From Andalucia godoyi And28 (lineage: Eukaryota; Protista; Jakobida), in the NCBI GenBank assembly GCA_009859145.1, contig VRVR01000047.1, forward strand, positions 4,934-68,933: a DNA stretch of 64,000 nucleotides. The letters run 5' to 3'. Shown piece by piece: positions 42,301 to 53,007 of this stretch. The notes under the pieces were generated by a model, which saw nothing but the letters and a program-made list of their open reading frames with translations, ran no database searches and was not told where the DNA came from. The translations under genes were made by a program, and so were the position numbers. Position 1 is the first letter of the stretch, and every line of letters starts with the position of its first letter.

Positions 42301-42718
42301 GAGCATTCATATTCAAATCGGAGCACTGGAGCAGCAGGTCGACCAACGGCAACGATTCTTGACGAACTGCCGCATGCAACGGTGTGTATCCGCGATTATC
42401 TGCAATGTTCGGATTCACTCTCACGGATTGCAACATAGCGTACACCACGTCGGTCTTTCCAAGACGAACGGCATACAAGAGCGCAGTTTGCCCCAGTGAA
42501 TCTCGAGTGTTTGGATCCACTGGGCACTCTGCTGCAAGCAAGATCGCAAGGACACTCATATTTCCTCTTTCCACCGCGACGTGGAACAGCGAGTGGCCAT
42601 CTTCAGAAAGCTCATTCCAGTTCACAGATCCATCCTTCAACAACGACTTTAAATTTTTCGTCAGGCCAGATGAAACCAGCTGCCATACCTTGGATCGTGG
42701 AGAGTTCTTCGTCGTCAT
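39362..42718 (-). CDS. Large ankyrin-repeat protein
   Basis: Many TPLH/TPLF ankyrin repeats in three blocks. First plausible ATG is MTTKNSPRS at 42718. Confidence 0.9.
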   Translation of the reverse strand: MTTKNSPRSKVWQLVSSGLTKNLKSLLKDGSVNWNELSEDGHSLFHVAVERGNMSVLAILLAAECPVDPNTRDSLGQTALLYAVRLGKTDVVYAMLQSVRVNPNIADNRGYTPLHAAVRQESLPLVDLLLQCSDLNMNARDVSGRTPLMIAVQYGFMTLFPVLSAHTALDPNIPDADGRSPLHHAVLRNHITVLRLLLQLKNIQVNQQDCDGRTPLFLACLQGSADAVIALLDAAPWPGLDPNRTDAFSQTPLYAACCSGHVEVVRIMIQRLGHALDLNAKDQQGLSSVYAAVCTGNVELLDLLLSSDPSRLDCNVATRDGHTPLYTAACQNSVAIVDLLLEKGSSVFVNGANALGHTPLHAAADRDNVEIVSKLLSRPDCDPNAADMDGTTPLILACFKGHERCVKKLVEDPKVKADISNRHGVSAMSVAIDQGLTNIVHILSQRLGQQQFDGAPSSSSSSSGARRGSIPPFIPTLELRNINLPSADAPAGSASSSATGSAIANQAKVSQRKRILPKSASSGPAAVVPESSPGIKRQDSFAPGFFPKYLPISSLPLHLAILQAHEKGLDVLKALLQSASDKRIDVNARDEQGRSALHLGVERNCAPAVGELLKLGLQQLEVNGLDTRGLSPLALAIATGATADICTALIRHPRLNINMQFKDHGNRTVLHMCIEKNREDVLRDILEYHPEIDVNSAFVVDDISHPLPRSMSALHLTVLHADVEMTRILCSAPGLSLSLRESWLKRTPLQCAICASKPSLDVIRLLLSRGASLLDQDAMGNTAGHLAVYRHQVQVLDAVLHAAADVGSLLRTPRSGGQTVLESILRLGNDAMIASLLQHLKSASVLRAQGSESRSLLHSCLSRPRQRARLSKMMLTTRVMRPFVKLDETCRSKWPWIFKACAYGDRSAMAHVLQSWPANKVSPLDVIDDLRIVTRKWSETVLHAMARGRHWDLMESAFLSETCSVFRCPDLLALTNSLGETVLHVAIRKGCPLNILYLLLDLMPSQSIAAAAKNGNTALHEAVRANVPTSVVRALLQAGCLSDTKNRLSLSPCAYAKSPEVYELLLTSSPKKAQLLVEGNRSSVVLTPHQIHVSSSSTTPVRDSRSDKPPFNITVPSN

Positions 42719-43299
42719 TCCGGAGGGTGCGGTTTCCTGTGGGAAGGGAAGAAGAGGCAGCCAGACGGACAGACAGGCGGAAGGAAGGAAGGAGAGGAAG
42801 GAGAGGAAGGAAGGAAGTAATAAAAAAAGAGGACAATAATGCACAATCAAGCTCAATTCAACGTGGAGTCTTCTTACAGAAAGGGAGATTGCACGAGGAA
42901 AACGGCAGAAACGAGAAATTCAGCCTGGTAGAGAAAAGACGCGAGAGAGGAGCGTGCTGCTTTCCTGAAGCATTCAAATATCAGTCGTTCGGTGAAAAGG
43001 CACGGGCGAAAGAGTTCGAACAGAGCAGAAAAGAGAACAGAGTGTCCGCGCCAAAGAACAGCAGCAGAAAGAGGATTTTTTAAAATTGGTTGGGAAACAC
43101 CCACCAATTGGAAGACAACAGGAAGGCAAGAAAACGCCCATCCGAGCTCATTGGAGGTGATGGGCTCGATTGCCAGAGGACGCGATCTGTCAGGTGTATG
43201 AGCAGACTGCCCATCCGCGAATACAAAAAAAGGGAAAGAAACGGGAGATGAGGGGAGATGAGCCAAAGTGAAGAGTCCGACGACTGCGGAGCCGAGCGA

Positions 43300-44268
43300 T
43301 TACACATCTTGGAGCACTCCTTTGGGAAACGCCGGTGCATCCGACATTGAGGAGGACGCAGCATTGGAGGTTGAAAAGGGATCGTTGGATGAAGATGCGG
43401 AGTTGGCGTGGCCAGGGTGGTTCGGATTTGGATTCGGAGAGGACAGTGGAGTGATGCCCCACTCGTCGCGCTGGCACTGGACAGAAAGAGATCCAATGTA
43501 CGGAGCAAAGAGCTTGTGGACCTCCGTGAGAACCTGCTGAGGGTTCGCAGTCATCGAAATGCGGATGACCAGCGTTCCAACATAGTTGCCTTTGGACAGT
43601 GCCCAAAAGTGCGAGTCGCGGATCTCGAGAACACCATCCATTGCATTGATTGCCAATGAGCACTTTTCAATCGCTGACAAGAGCTCGTTGGGAGTTGCCT
43701 TTTTTTTGTTTTTGTTTTGTGTTGCATTGCGGGTCATTAGTATCATTTGTTCCAGTGCACTTACATTATCATCATCATCGGTGTCATCAGCATCACCTAT
43801 AAAAGAAGAAAAAAGAGGACATACTTGCAACAGTATTGGCAACTGAGACAGGCCGAGAGGGACGCACTGCATGATGACGAGCGAGCCGATCAAGATGGAA
43901 GAGAATGCATCCAGCATTGACTTGGAAAAGACGGCTTCGATTGAGCCGAGAAACACGCCTCCTGTCAGAAACGCAACGAAGACCGCAGAGGCAAACATAG
44001 AGACCGGCCCCACTCGCGCATTCCCAAATGTCGAGCTGTCTGATTTTTGCACAAGCAGCGGGAAAACACGTTCTAGAGAGACCAACGCATGGAAGCACAG
44101 AAGATCTGCAATCGCCGCAAACGTTACCAGTGCCGTAAGCGAGGATATCAGTAGAAACACTGCAGAACCGCCAGCAAGAACCATTGATCGACGAATCGCA
44201 GCTCGTGATTCAGGATCCACTTGCAACACTTGCAACGTTCGACCCAGGGTGCTCAGAGGAGTCAACAT
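43300..44268 (-). CDS. SLC30A6: ZnT6/SLC30A6-like cation diffusion facilitator; probable 126-bp intron at 43699-43824
   Basis: C-terminal domain GVLEIRDSHFWALSKGNYVGTLVIRI..ANPQQVL..LSVQCQRDEW. TM2 lacks the His of the HxxxD site, as in ZnT6. Splicing GTATGT...AAG restores LLQ|ATP. Confidence 0.75.
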   Translation of the reverse strand: MLTPLSTLGRTLQVLQVDPESRAAIRRSMVLAGGSAVFLLISSLTALVTFAAIADLLCFHALVSLERVFPLLVQKSDSSTFGNARVGPVSMFASAVFVAFLTGGVFLGSIEAVFSKSMLDAFSSILIGSLVIMQCVPLGLSQLPILLQVCPLFSSFIGDADDTDDDDNVSALEQMILMTRNATQNKNKKKATPNELLSAIEKCSLAINAMDGVLEIRDSHFWALSKGNYVGTLVIRISMTANPQQVLTEVHKLFAPYIGSLSVQCQRDEWGITPLSSPNPNPNHPGHANSASSSNDPFSTSNAASSSMSDAPAFPKGVLQDV

Positions 44269-44656
44269 CGGGTCTGTTCTTTGGCTTGTTTTGTGTTTTT
44301 CGGGTTCTGTTCAGGAATTTAAAAAACGCAAAGCACCAACAAAAGGAAGAAATGCAGAGGAAAACTCAATATGTAATTTTCTTCCAAGTGGACCGGAAAA
44401 AAAAGGGGGGGAAAGGTGCAAAGGCCGTATCTGAACGGGACAAAAACGTCAATGCTCTCGGAAGCTGGTAATAGTGACTTTAATGCGTTAAAAACAAAAA
44501 CAAAAACAATACAGAAGGGAACCTGGACAAATAGATACAGGGGCCGGCCAACAAGCATGCAGCCACAAAAGATAATAAAACAAAACAAAACAAAACAAAA
44601 AACAAGACACAGTAAAATGTGTTGCCGAGAGAGCATGGATACACAACACACAGTCG

Positions 44657-47009
44657 TTACATGCGGATGCTGCGCGAACGCTTCATGACCTGTGGAGTAT
44701 TCGGCTCGGTAAGCGCCTTGTCGCTCTTCTTGACAACAGTCGGCTTGAAATGCTTGATAGGCTTGGCATGGAACTCGGCTTCCTTTCGTAGCCTCTCGAC
44801 TTCTTCCTGCTCCCGTTGCATCTTCTCCAACTCGGCCTTCTTCTTGGTATCCTCCTGCTGCTTCAGGGTCTGGTTCACTTGCTCGTCAAACTGTTTGCGC
44901 TGCAGAGCTCGCCGCTCGGTGGCCAGAGGAATGTCCTCCACTTGGGTTACCGGCTTCGACTCAATGTTTGGAACAAACGGCTTCTCGTGCGTCTCCGGGA
45001 TTGGTCGCGCATGAAACTCCCGTGCCTCCTGCTCCTGAACAGTCTCCTGGATCACTCGATCATGCCATACATGCATTGCCTCTGCGTGGCGCTGGTCCGA
45101 CAACAGACGGAATGGCTTCGGCTCGGTAAGCTGCCGTTGCTCAACAGCCTTTGGCTTCCAGTTTTCACCCTGCTCGTCGTCAGCCTGTATAGAGTGTTCA
45201 AAAAAAGTGAATCAGATCAGAACAGTGAAAACTCATTGGAGGAAAACCCCCATACGTGAATAAACAACAGGAAAAGAGGGAAGAAAGAAAAGAAAGAAAG
45301 AAAAAGAAAAGAAAGAAAGAAAAAGAAAAGAAAAACTAATGGACGCAAACGGCGTGGTGGGAAAAACATACCTGGAAATCCGGGACTGGGCGCGCCTTGA
45401 AATGACGTGCACGCTCCTCTTCTTCTTGCTGCTTCTTCAGCTGCTCCTCGAGCTCCTTGCGATGTGCTGCTGCTCGCTCGTCAGTCTTGAATTCAAATGG
45501 CTTCGGTTCGGTAAGCTGGGGATTCGACGGGACAACCTCGAACGGCTCAAACACGGGAACCGGACGAGCTCTAAACTTGAATTCGGGCTCGGGCTCGGTC
45601 ACATGTTTTGCCTTGTTTTCAAACCGTGACTTGGTCGCAAGTTCCGGTGACTTTGGAATGGTAAGCTTCTTTTCTTCGGGCATCACCGACTTGGACGCCG
45701 CTGCGGCAGCAGCAACAGAAGCGCCAGTCAGCATCGTTTCGCTCACCGGCTGGGCCTTGAAGACGAACTTCTCCTCCTTGGGGAAGTCCACGGCTTCGCG
45801 TTCGAGAATCCGTGCAGAGCGCAGCTCGGTTGCAAGTTTCGGAGACAGGGGAATGGTCACGGGCCTCTTCTCGACGCGGGGAACGCCAAGGTCTCCCGCA
45901 GACTGCAAAACCTTCTCGTTCAACGGAATCGCCTTGAACTTTGGCATCTTGGAAAGTTCTTCTTCCTCCAGCTTCTCACGCCCAGCGTATGCAACAGGAC
46001 GCTTGCGGTCTTCAGAAGCAAACTGAAATGGCTTCGGCTCCGTAACACGCAGCGGCCCCGATTCTTTGCGCTCCTCGCTCTCAAATGGCTTCTTATCCCC
46101 CGACAGAAAGGCCTTCACCAACTTGGCAGACTCGATGAACTCTTTCGGTTTCTCACCATCTGCACTGTGCTGCCTGTCTTTCAACCGATCCTCGGATGCA
46201 AAGTGGAAAGGCTTGGGCTCCGTAACACGCAACGGGGCATCCTTGATCTCTTCAAGAGCCTCGAACGGCTTCTTATCACCAGATAAGAAGGCCTTGACGA
46301 GCTTTGCAGATTCCACAAACTCCTTTGGCCTTTCGCAGCTATCACCAGCAGCCGCTTGCTTCTCCTTTGTGCGCTCCTCGGACGCAAACTTGAAAGGCTT
46401 CGGCTCCGTCAATTTTGGCTTTTCCATCGTGGAATTCATGCCGTGCGATCCTGCAGCAGCCGCGTTGTTCTTGTTGTTCAGTTCAGAAGTGAAGAACATC
46501 TGAACCATCTTTGCGTGCTCCACAAACTCCTTCGGCGCTTCGCTTTCATTCACAGACGACGATGACGCCTTCTTGGCCTCCATTCGGTCGTCGGTCTTGA
46601 ATCTGAAGGGTTCAGGAACGGTAAGTGACATCTTTTTGCTCTTCTTTGCAACCCGCACCTTTTCCGCATTGCCAAACGCATCCGTAGCCGTTCGCTTGTT
46701 GCCGCTGCTGTTACTCGCGTTGTCGGCATTGCACAGGACGTGCGCATTTGCATTTGCGTTTTCGGAAGACGAAAATGACGAATTTGCACATTCCATCTCG
46801 CAGTCCGCAGCAGATTCCTCGACAGGCGCATCTCCAAAAGACTCGTTCATGTGCTGCTCTACAAAAGAAGCACTCAGCTCAGGCGCGCTCAGAGAATCGC
46901 CCTTGGAAGTACGCCCTTCAAACCACTGGTCTGCTGCATCATCATTCACCGCCTCGCTTGACCCAAGCTCGGCAAACTTTGGCGCCTGGAATTCGTAAGT
47001 CTGGTCCAT
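44657..47009 (-). CDS. TPX2: TPX2 spindle assembly factor; two exons (47009-45372, 45184-44657)
   Basis: N-terminal Aurora-A-binding YEFQAPKF...DQWF motif, LTIPKSPELAT, FKARP and TEPKPF repeats, and a C-terminal TPX2 domain (FHAKPI, ALTEPNTP). The GTATGT...ACAG intron at 45185-45371 joins the exons in frame. Confidence 0.92.
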
Positions 47010-47444
47010 GTTAGAGGAAAAAGTACTCGGAAAGACAGTAAAAATCCTATGAAAAATTTTAAAAACCAACAACAAGAAGAGAAAAAGAAGAGAATGACAA
47101 GTCAAAGCAACACACACACACACGCGCACACACACCCACATAGAGAAGGGCAGAGAAAATCGAAACCAGCAGCGCAGCTTAACGGTCACCCGACGAATGA
47201 ATTCTGCTTGAGAGTACTCGCTTGATGCTATATTACATCATCTCCCTTTGCAAAATCGCACGTGATGCCACAGTTGATGCAGCGAATTTTTTCGAGTGCC
47301 TTTTTGGAGAAGATCACGAACGCATAAACCATGACGTCATTAAGCTTCTCTGTTTGATGAAAAAGCCGTCAAGTTTCTGTTTCGTCGATTCTCTTGTTTC
47401 ATTTGTTTTATTTATTTGTCATTCATAATTTGACTCTACTTCTT

Positions 47445-47594
<150 letters not shown>

Positions 47595-47657
47595 CGAGGC
47601 TTGCGTCGTTTCCTGACTAGAGAACAAGGGGAGAGAGCGCGGGAGATTGGGAAAAGA

Positions 47658-48122
47658 ATGTCGTCCACCGAGGAAGTTGCAGCGACGCAGTCCAAATGGA
47701 ATGCAAATTCGTATCATTGGGAAGAAAAGGACTATTCGACGTGGTCCAAGGATCGCTTAAAGGAGCTCCTCGGTGCGGTTACGGTGGCAGACTCGGGTGC
47801 GACTGTGTGTGTAAAAGAGGTGAAGTCCGTTACCGGCGACGCGATTGTGAACATCCGTAAAGGCAAGAAGCGCGTTGGATACGAAATGAAAATCGAGTGC
47901 AAAGTAAAGGCTGTCGTTGCTGATGCTGATGGAACACCCGTGCTGGAGGAGGAAGGAGAGGCCTTGTTTCCATACGTGTGCGAAGACGTGGACGACGGGA
48001 AGTTCGAGATTGAAATCAAGGGATTTGCGGATCAGAGACTGCGAGCTGCCGCATCAGGACCGTTCAAAAAGGCTCTGTTGGACAATGTGCATGTCTGGGT
48101 TGACGAACTCCAGAACAAGTAG
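47658..48122 (+). CDS. Aha1 N-terminal-domain protein (Hch1-like Hsp90 co-chaperone)
   Basis: WNANSYHWEEKDYSTWSKDRLKELL...VTGDAIVNIRKGKK..YE. Confidence 0.88.
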   Translation: MSSTEEVAATQSKWNANSYHWEEKDYSTWSKDRLKELLGAVTVADSGATVCVKEVKSVTGDAIVNIRKGKKRVGYEMKIECKVKAVVADADGTPVLEEEGEALFPYVCEDVDDGKFEIEIKGFADQRLRAAASGPFKKALLDNVHVWVDELQNK

Positions 48123-48244
48123 GCTCCAGTTGGGTTGTGTTTTTTTTTTTTTCTCTTGTGTGCTTCATCACAATCACCATCCACAAACTAGACATAAAGA
48201 GGAAATAACAAAGACATTGATCAGGTGCAGAGGGCAGCCCCCAG

Positions 48245-50167
48245 TTAATCGAGTTTCAGCTTGAGAGTTGTCCATCGGGCCCACAGACCACTCAGACCAC
48301 AGCCGAACAGCGACATGACGAGGAAGAGCCATTCGCGCGAATACGGGACGACTTGGACAGTGCGGATGCCGTTGGTGGAAGGGTACACGCTTACGGCGAA
48401 GGAAGGCAGACTCCATGAAGCTGGAAATGGCGAAGAGGACGCGCCGCTGTGGACTGTCCATTCGCTCTGTTCGCCATGGAACTCAAAGATGGGCGAGTAG
48501 GCGGGCGTCACAGAAGCAGCCAGACCAATGTTGCTCCAAGACTCCAGTCTCTGATGCACATACTGCGTGACCCAGTCGGCGTCCGCAAGCTGGGAATTGG
48601 GAAATGCGAATCCGGCAAAGGAAATTGTGTTTTGCGAGGACAGGTCTCCCAGCAGTGAGTCGACAAGTGCGCACGAAATGTACTGCGAAACGTTCTGCTT
48701 CAAAGGGGACGGTTCACCATCAATTGGAACGAGCATTGCATGCACTGCCAGCCGGACAGCATCGCACAGAAGCGTACTGTTCAGAGGTTGCGAACTGAAC
48801 GCACGGTCTCCGACGGAATGATAATACCGATTCGAAAACACGGTGTCGTAATCTGTGAGTACGAGTGATCGGTTCGCGAGACTCGGGTACGTAAGAAGCA
48901 ACGGATGCAGCACGGACGGAGGAAGAACTCCGTTCGGAACCGAGGACATGTTCACATTTTTCAAGGAATGCGCACTGGATGCCATCATGTTGTGGGCAGA
49001 CTGGGCAAACGTGTCTGCAAATGACGGATTGCTTCGCTCCATCGCATGCACAAACATTGTATCCGACGATTCAAAGGCTAACGAACCAAGATCTACGAAC
49101 CTGTCAATTTCCCAGCTTCCGCTTGTGACGTGCGGAACAACAGCATCTGCAAGCCACTTGTACGTTCCTGCGTAACCGTAGGTATCGGCATTGGGAAACC
49201 AAAAAAGAAACTGCGTCGAATTGCGCATGCTGTTCGGAGTAGCTTGGAGCGCTGATCCAATGGCAAAGGCAGCTGTAAGCGCCACGGCAAGGCGACCATT
49301 GACTTCCCTCACGCTCGGCGAAAACCACGGAGCCTCTGTTGTGGAATCCAACCGTGCAGACAGCACTCGCACGGTCTGTGAACTGCTGCGCTCTACTTTA
49401 GCTCCAGGCAAGCCTGCCAACACGGAAAAGTCTCCAACAGGGCGGCATTTTCTCAGTTTCAGACAGCGATGAGCGTTTCGATAACCACTGAATGCACTGC
49501 GCACGTCAACCGCCCACAAAGGAAGCAGCGACCACGGAAACTCCCCGTGCCAATCTCCAAGCTTGCGATCGTTTTCATCCGCTCGTTCTCGTAATACACG
49601 CCTGCTTTCGGCATCGGAGACGTAGATTACGAACGGACCAGGAGACTGGAAACAGTGGTTTGTCCCGCCAGGATTCCACATCCAGGACTTTGACGACGGA
49701 ACGCCAAAGGCACTGTTCGGGTTGAGAGCATCGCAAGAAAACGGAGTCTCGTCCAAAGGCGGTGTTTCATCCGTTGCCAACACAACAACTGCGACTTCCG
49801 CTGCTGCTGCATCCGAACATGTGCTACGAATGATCTCGTACAAGGGCTTGGTCCACTGATCAGAGCGCACAACAAGAGCCTTGTACAATGGCGCTCCAAG
49901 CCCGCTTTCGATGCGATTTTGAAACTCATCACTCGACACCACTACGGAAATCCGCCCTGTAAGCACAAACAGCCGTCCAGAATCAGGAAACGAAGCCGCA
50001 ACCTCCTCGTCGGCACTCAGAAACTTGATGGATGTAAATGCCGGAATCGAATCGTAGAAAAAGTCGTAGAGCTTGTCAAACGGAAACAATGGTCGTCCGA
50101 GCCCCTTTTCATATGCAAGAGCAGGTGACACACACAGAACACACAATAACACCAACAGCGGCATCAT
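48245..50167 (-). CDS. NCSTN: Nicastrin (gamma-secretase subunit)
   Basis: Signal peptide, ARLDS, DTYGYAG (DYIGS-like), LPPS, TDYDTVFSNRYYHS..D, and a single C-terminal TM. Start codon is uncertain. Confidence 0.85.
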   Translation of the reverse strand: MMPLLVLLCVLCVSPALAYEKGLGRPLFPFDKLYDFFYDSIPAFTSIKFLSADEEVAASFPDSGRLFVLTGRISVVVSSDEFQNRIESGLGAPLYKALVVRSDQWTKPLYEIIRSTCSDAAAAEVAVVVLATDETPPLDETPFSCDALNPNSAFGVPSSKSWMWNPGGTNHCFQSPGPFVIYVSDAESRRVLRERADENDRKLGDWHGEFPWSLLPLWAVDVRSAFSGYRNAHRCLKLRKCRPVGDFSVLAGLPGAKVERSSSQTVRVLSARLDSTTEAPWFSPSVREVNGRLAVALTAAFAIGSALQATPNSMRNSTQFLFWFPNADTYGYAGTYKWLADAVVPHVTSGSWEIDRFVDLGSLAFESSDTMFVHAMERSNPSFADTFAQSAHNMMASSAHSLKNVNMSSVPNGVLPPSVLHPLLLTYPSLANRSLVLTDYDTVFSNRYYHSVGDRAFSSQPLNSTLLCDAVRLAVHAMLVPIDGEPSPLKQNVSQYISCALVDSLLGDLSSQNTISFAGFAFPNSQLADADWVTQYVHQRLESWSNIGLAASVTPAYSPIFEFHGEQSEWTVHSGASSSPFPASWSLPSFAVSVYPSTNGIRTVQVVPYSREWLFLVMSLFGCGLSGLWARWTTLKLKLD

Positions 50168-50416
50168 CCCACCCACCATGCCGACTCCGTTTCCCCTCGA
50201 TCTGCCCATCATGTTCTGACCCATTGCCCAGCTTGCCCAACTTACCCGATTCACACCGATGATGCCTCCTGGGTTCTAAGCAGCTTGCAAGCGAGAAACG
50301 AGAAGCTCGTAAAGACCGACAGTCCGTCCGGATGGACGATGAGAGAGACAAAAAGGATTTCATAGAAAGAATTGAATGCAAAAATTATCTGACAATTTCC
50401 AAAGCGCTTAAAGCAT

Positions 50417-50417
<1 letters not shown>

Positions 50418-50458
<41 letters not shown>

Positions 50459-50459
50459 G
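50418..50459. repeat. (TTTTCG)n microsatellite
   Basis: Hexanucleotide run in the divergent intergenic region. Confidence 0.9.
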
Positions 50460-50558
50460 TTGTGGTTTCGTTTTCGGTTGTTTTTGTTGTTATTTTTAAT
50501 AAATTTAACTGGGTCTTTTGTTAGTGGGAGTGAGTGAGTGAGGATTAGAGAATACTGG

Positions 50559-52343
50559 ATGGCGGATCCGTATAGTTCGGTCACTGGAACGCAGCATAGC
50601 TCAAGCAATCCATATGGCGATCCGGTGAATCCGTACCAGAGATCTAGCGCATCCACAGTGAATCCGTATGGCCAGTCAGCTCCTCACTCGCTTCCGAACC
50701 CTTATGGGCCACCTCCAACGCCAACGCCAACGCCAACGCCAGCCTCAGCGTCGGCATATCACAATCCGTATGGAAGCACACCGAGTCCCTATGGACTGCC
50801 AGCAGCCGCGCAGAATGGTGCGACGAACACAGGCTCCGGTCATATGGTGCAAGGTGGTGCGGCGGTGGTTGCAAAGCCTGCTCCTCCTCTCAGCAGCCAG
50901 CCACAGCCTCAGCCACAGCCACAGCCACAGCCACAACCCCAGCCGCAGTCGCGAGGGCTCCTGGACTACTTTGGACTGTCGTATCTGAGCCAGTCGAAAG
51001 CAGTTGCGAATCCAGGCCAAAAACAAGAGCATGTGGACGCTGGACAGTCATCGGTGTCTGGTAGTGGTGGTGGTGCTGGCGGAAGCGAGCATTCTGCGAA
51101 ACCGGTTGCAGAAGACGATGACCCCGAAGCGGAACAGGCTGCGCAGTCGGAATGGGTCCGGCAGGAAATTGGACTTTGTTCGACAAAGCAGCGTATCCGC
51201 GCATTCTATGGGCTGTCTATTTTACTGTACTTTGATTTCATCACGTGCATGCATGTCTTGAACGCGGTTCTTGGTATCCTTGGGCTCGCAAACTGGCTGC
51301 CTTGGATATTCTCCTCGGACGCGCGTGGCACTCGAGAACGCGGAGGCTTGGATGTGCTGTTTGTATCGGAGTACTCGAGTTCGTACAGAGGACTGTGGAT
51401 GGCGATGACGATTCTGGGTATTTTTGTGTCGTTCATATTTGGTCCGTTGCTGTCTGCTCGCATTCTTCGCATTTTAAAACAGCAGCATTTCGAAGAACGC
51501 GAAGACTATCTCCAGGGAACTACGCAGGATGAAATTCGGTCCAATCGCCATTTCTCTGCGAAGTCACGTGCCTGGCGTCGAGTTGCGTCCTTGTCGTGCT
51601 TTGCTTTCGCTTTGGGTGTGCAGGCCGGACTGACGTATGTCATTGCTTCGCAGCTCAGCAACTCATCCAACGTCGGATCAGTTTTGCTCAGCATCTGCAT
51701 TGCGCTGCTCAATATGGCCTGGAAACAACTGTCGAATCGACTCACCATGTTTGAACGTCACAGTACCTGGTCTGCGTTTCGCAAACACAACACTGCAAAG
51801 TTCATCTTGTTCAAGCTGCTCTGCGTGTTCGTCCTCTATCTTGTTCGCTACGGCGTTGCGGGCGCACAGTCTTCGGACTGCTTCCTTTCCATTATGGCCC
51901 GACAGTACTTCTGGCTGCTCATCATTGATGTGACCCTGATGAATATCGTGGAGCTGGTCCTGCCGCTCATTTGGAACAAGATTGCCACAACAGGGTCGCA
52001 CCAGAAGGGCTCAAATGAAGAACGACGACCTGTGTTTGATCTTGCAGAGGAGTACTTGGAGCTTCTGTACCGTCAGTTCATCATTTTCATGGGCTTATCA
52101 GTCCTTCCGATCATCGGATTGATGGGCCTCGTGATCAACTGGGTTGAGCAATGGCTGGATCGGTTCCGGCTGTTTCGTGCTTGCCGCAAGCCACCACGCT
52201 CCAGGCAGACAATGAGGAAGTTTCTGGCCTTCTTCTGCTGGGTAGTTGCGCTGTTCTCCCTCTTGTCGTGGCCCGCGGGAACCGCCTTTGTCTTGGGCAA
52301 TGCGTACGGGTCGATTGGCGATTCCTGCTCTGTATACGGCTGA
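50559..52343 (+). CDS. TMC-like (TMC/TMEM16 superfamily) multi-pass channel protein
   Basis: YFDF TM1 motif, FERHSTW, CFL..MARQYF, PVFDLAEEYLELLYRQF..F.G...LP and P/Q-rich N-terminus. Confidence 0.7.
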   Translation: MADPYSSVTGTQHSSSNPYGDPVNPYQRSSASTVNPYGQSAPHSLPNPYGPPPTPTPTPTPASASAYHNPYGSTPSPYGLPAAAQNGATNTGSGHMVQGGAAVVAKPAPPLSSQPQPQPQPQPQPQPQPQSRGLLDYFGLSYLSQSKAVANPGQKQEHVDAGQSSVSGSGGGAGGSEHSAKPVAEDDDPEAEQAAQSEWVRQEIGLCSTKQRIRAFYGLSILLYFDFITCMHVLNAVLGILGLANWLPWIFSSDARGTRERGGLDVLFVSEYSSSYRGLWMAMTILGIFVSFIFGPLLSARILRILKQQHFEEREDYLQGTTQDEIRSNRHFSAKSRAWRRVASLSCFAFALGVQAGLTYVIASQLSNSSNVGSVLLSICIALLNMAWKQLSNRLTMFERHSTWSAFRKHNTAKFILFKLLCVFVLYLVRYGVAGAQSSDCFLSIMARQYFWLLIIDVTLMNIVELVLPLIWNKIATTGSHQKGSNEERRPVFDLAEEYLELLYRQFIIFMGLSVLPIIGLMGLVINWVEQWLDRFRLFRACRKPPRSRQTMRKFLAFFCWVVALFSLLSWPAGTAFVLGNAYGSIGDSCSVYG

Positions 52344-52419
52344 AATCTCCACAGCCGTCGGTTGCAAATTGCTACGCTGTGATTCTTTGCCGTTTTGAAA
52401 TGTTTTCTTCAATATTATG

Positions 52420-52570
52420 CCTACATTGTACACTGACCACGGATAATCATCGCTGATCACCCATAATCAATGTTGCAGCCCAACAACATGCATAACATGA
52501 TTGGGAAGGGGGTAGGCCCCAACACGCCCCTCGGCATGAGCGACGTTCTCAAGATAGATGTTGCGTTGCA
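52420..52570 (-). ncRNA. Candidate Fanzor omegaRNA scaffold (B2)
   Basis: GGGG-CCTA-CCCC hairpin, GGGTGATCA-GCGA-TGATTATCC hairpin, and CCTAC perfectly complementary to the terminal GTAGG. Confidence 0.62.
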
Positions 52571-52792
52571 TGGACAACAAGAATAAAGAAATGAAATGAG
52601 CGTCGCTGTGCGAGAATGCAATGCGGCGGTGTGTGTATAGGGATTCCATGATCAAAATGGGAGGCGAAACGAATCGGGCATCGTGTGACGGAGTTGTCAA
52701 GATAGCAAACGCATGCGCATGGCGCGTGGCAGTGTTTTTGTTTGCGTGCGCTTTAGACTGCTTCATCATATCGCAATAAGTGGCAATGGTGC
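52420..52792 (-). mobile_element. Non-autonomous IS607-like/Fanzor2 element, copy B2
   Basis: Left-end block shared with B1, then ATGCAA joined to RNIYLEN, then the conserved 3' structured region. It ends AATGTAGG. Confidence 0.82.
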
Positions 52793-53007
52793 AACGCATC
52801 CTACTCGGCTACACTCAGTCGGCTGCTGCTCCCATTCGATCGTCGTTCTTTCCCCTCCCTTGCCTGCTTTCCAAGCTAACGTAATTTTTCGCTTTCTTTA
52901 ATGAACTACTGGATGCGCTCAAAACATGCGACTTGATATGACTTGTGAGGGAACCAAAAGGGCGACGGTTCGTCCAATGTTAGCAAACTGGAGGCAAACA
53001 TTCCCTA

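Noticed and set aside
47222-47428. 68-aa ORF upstream of the (CT)n tract
   Set aside because: It is short, has no motif and shows no similarity to other parts of the window.
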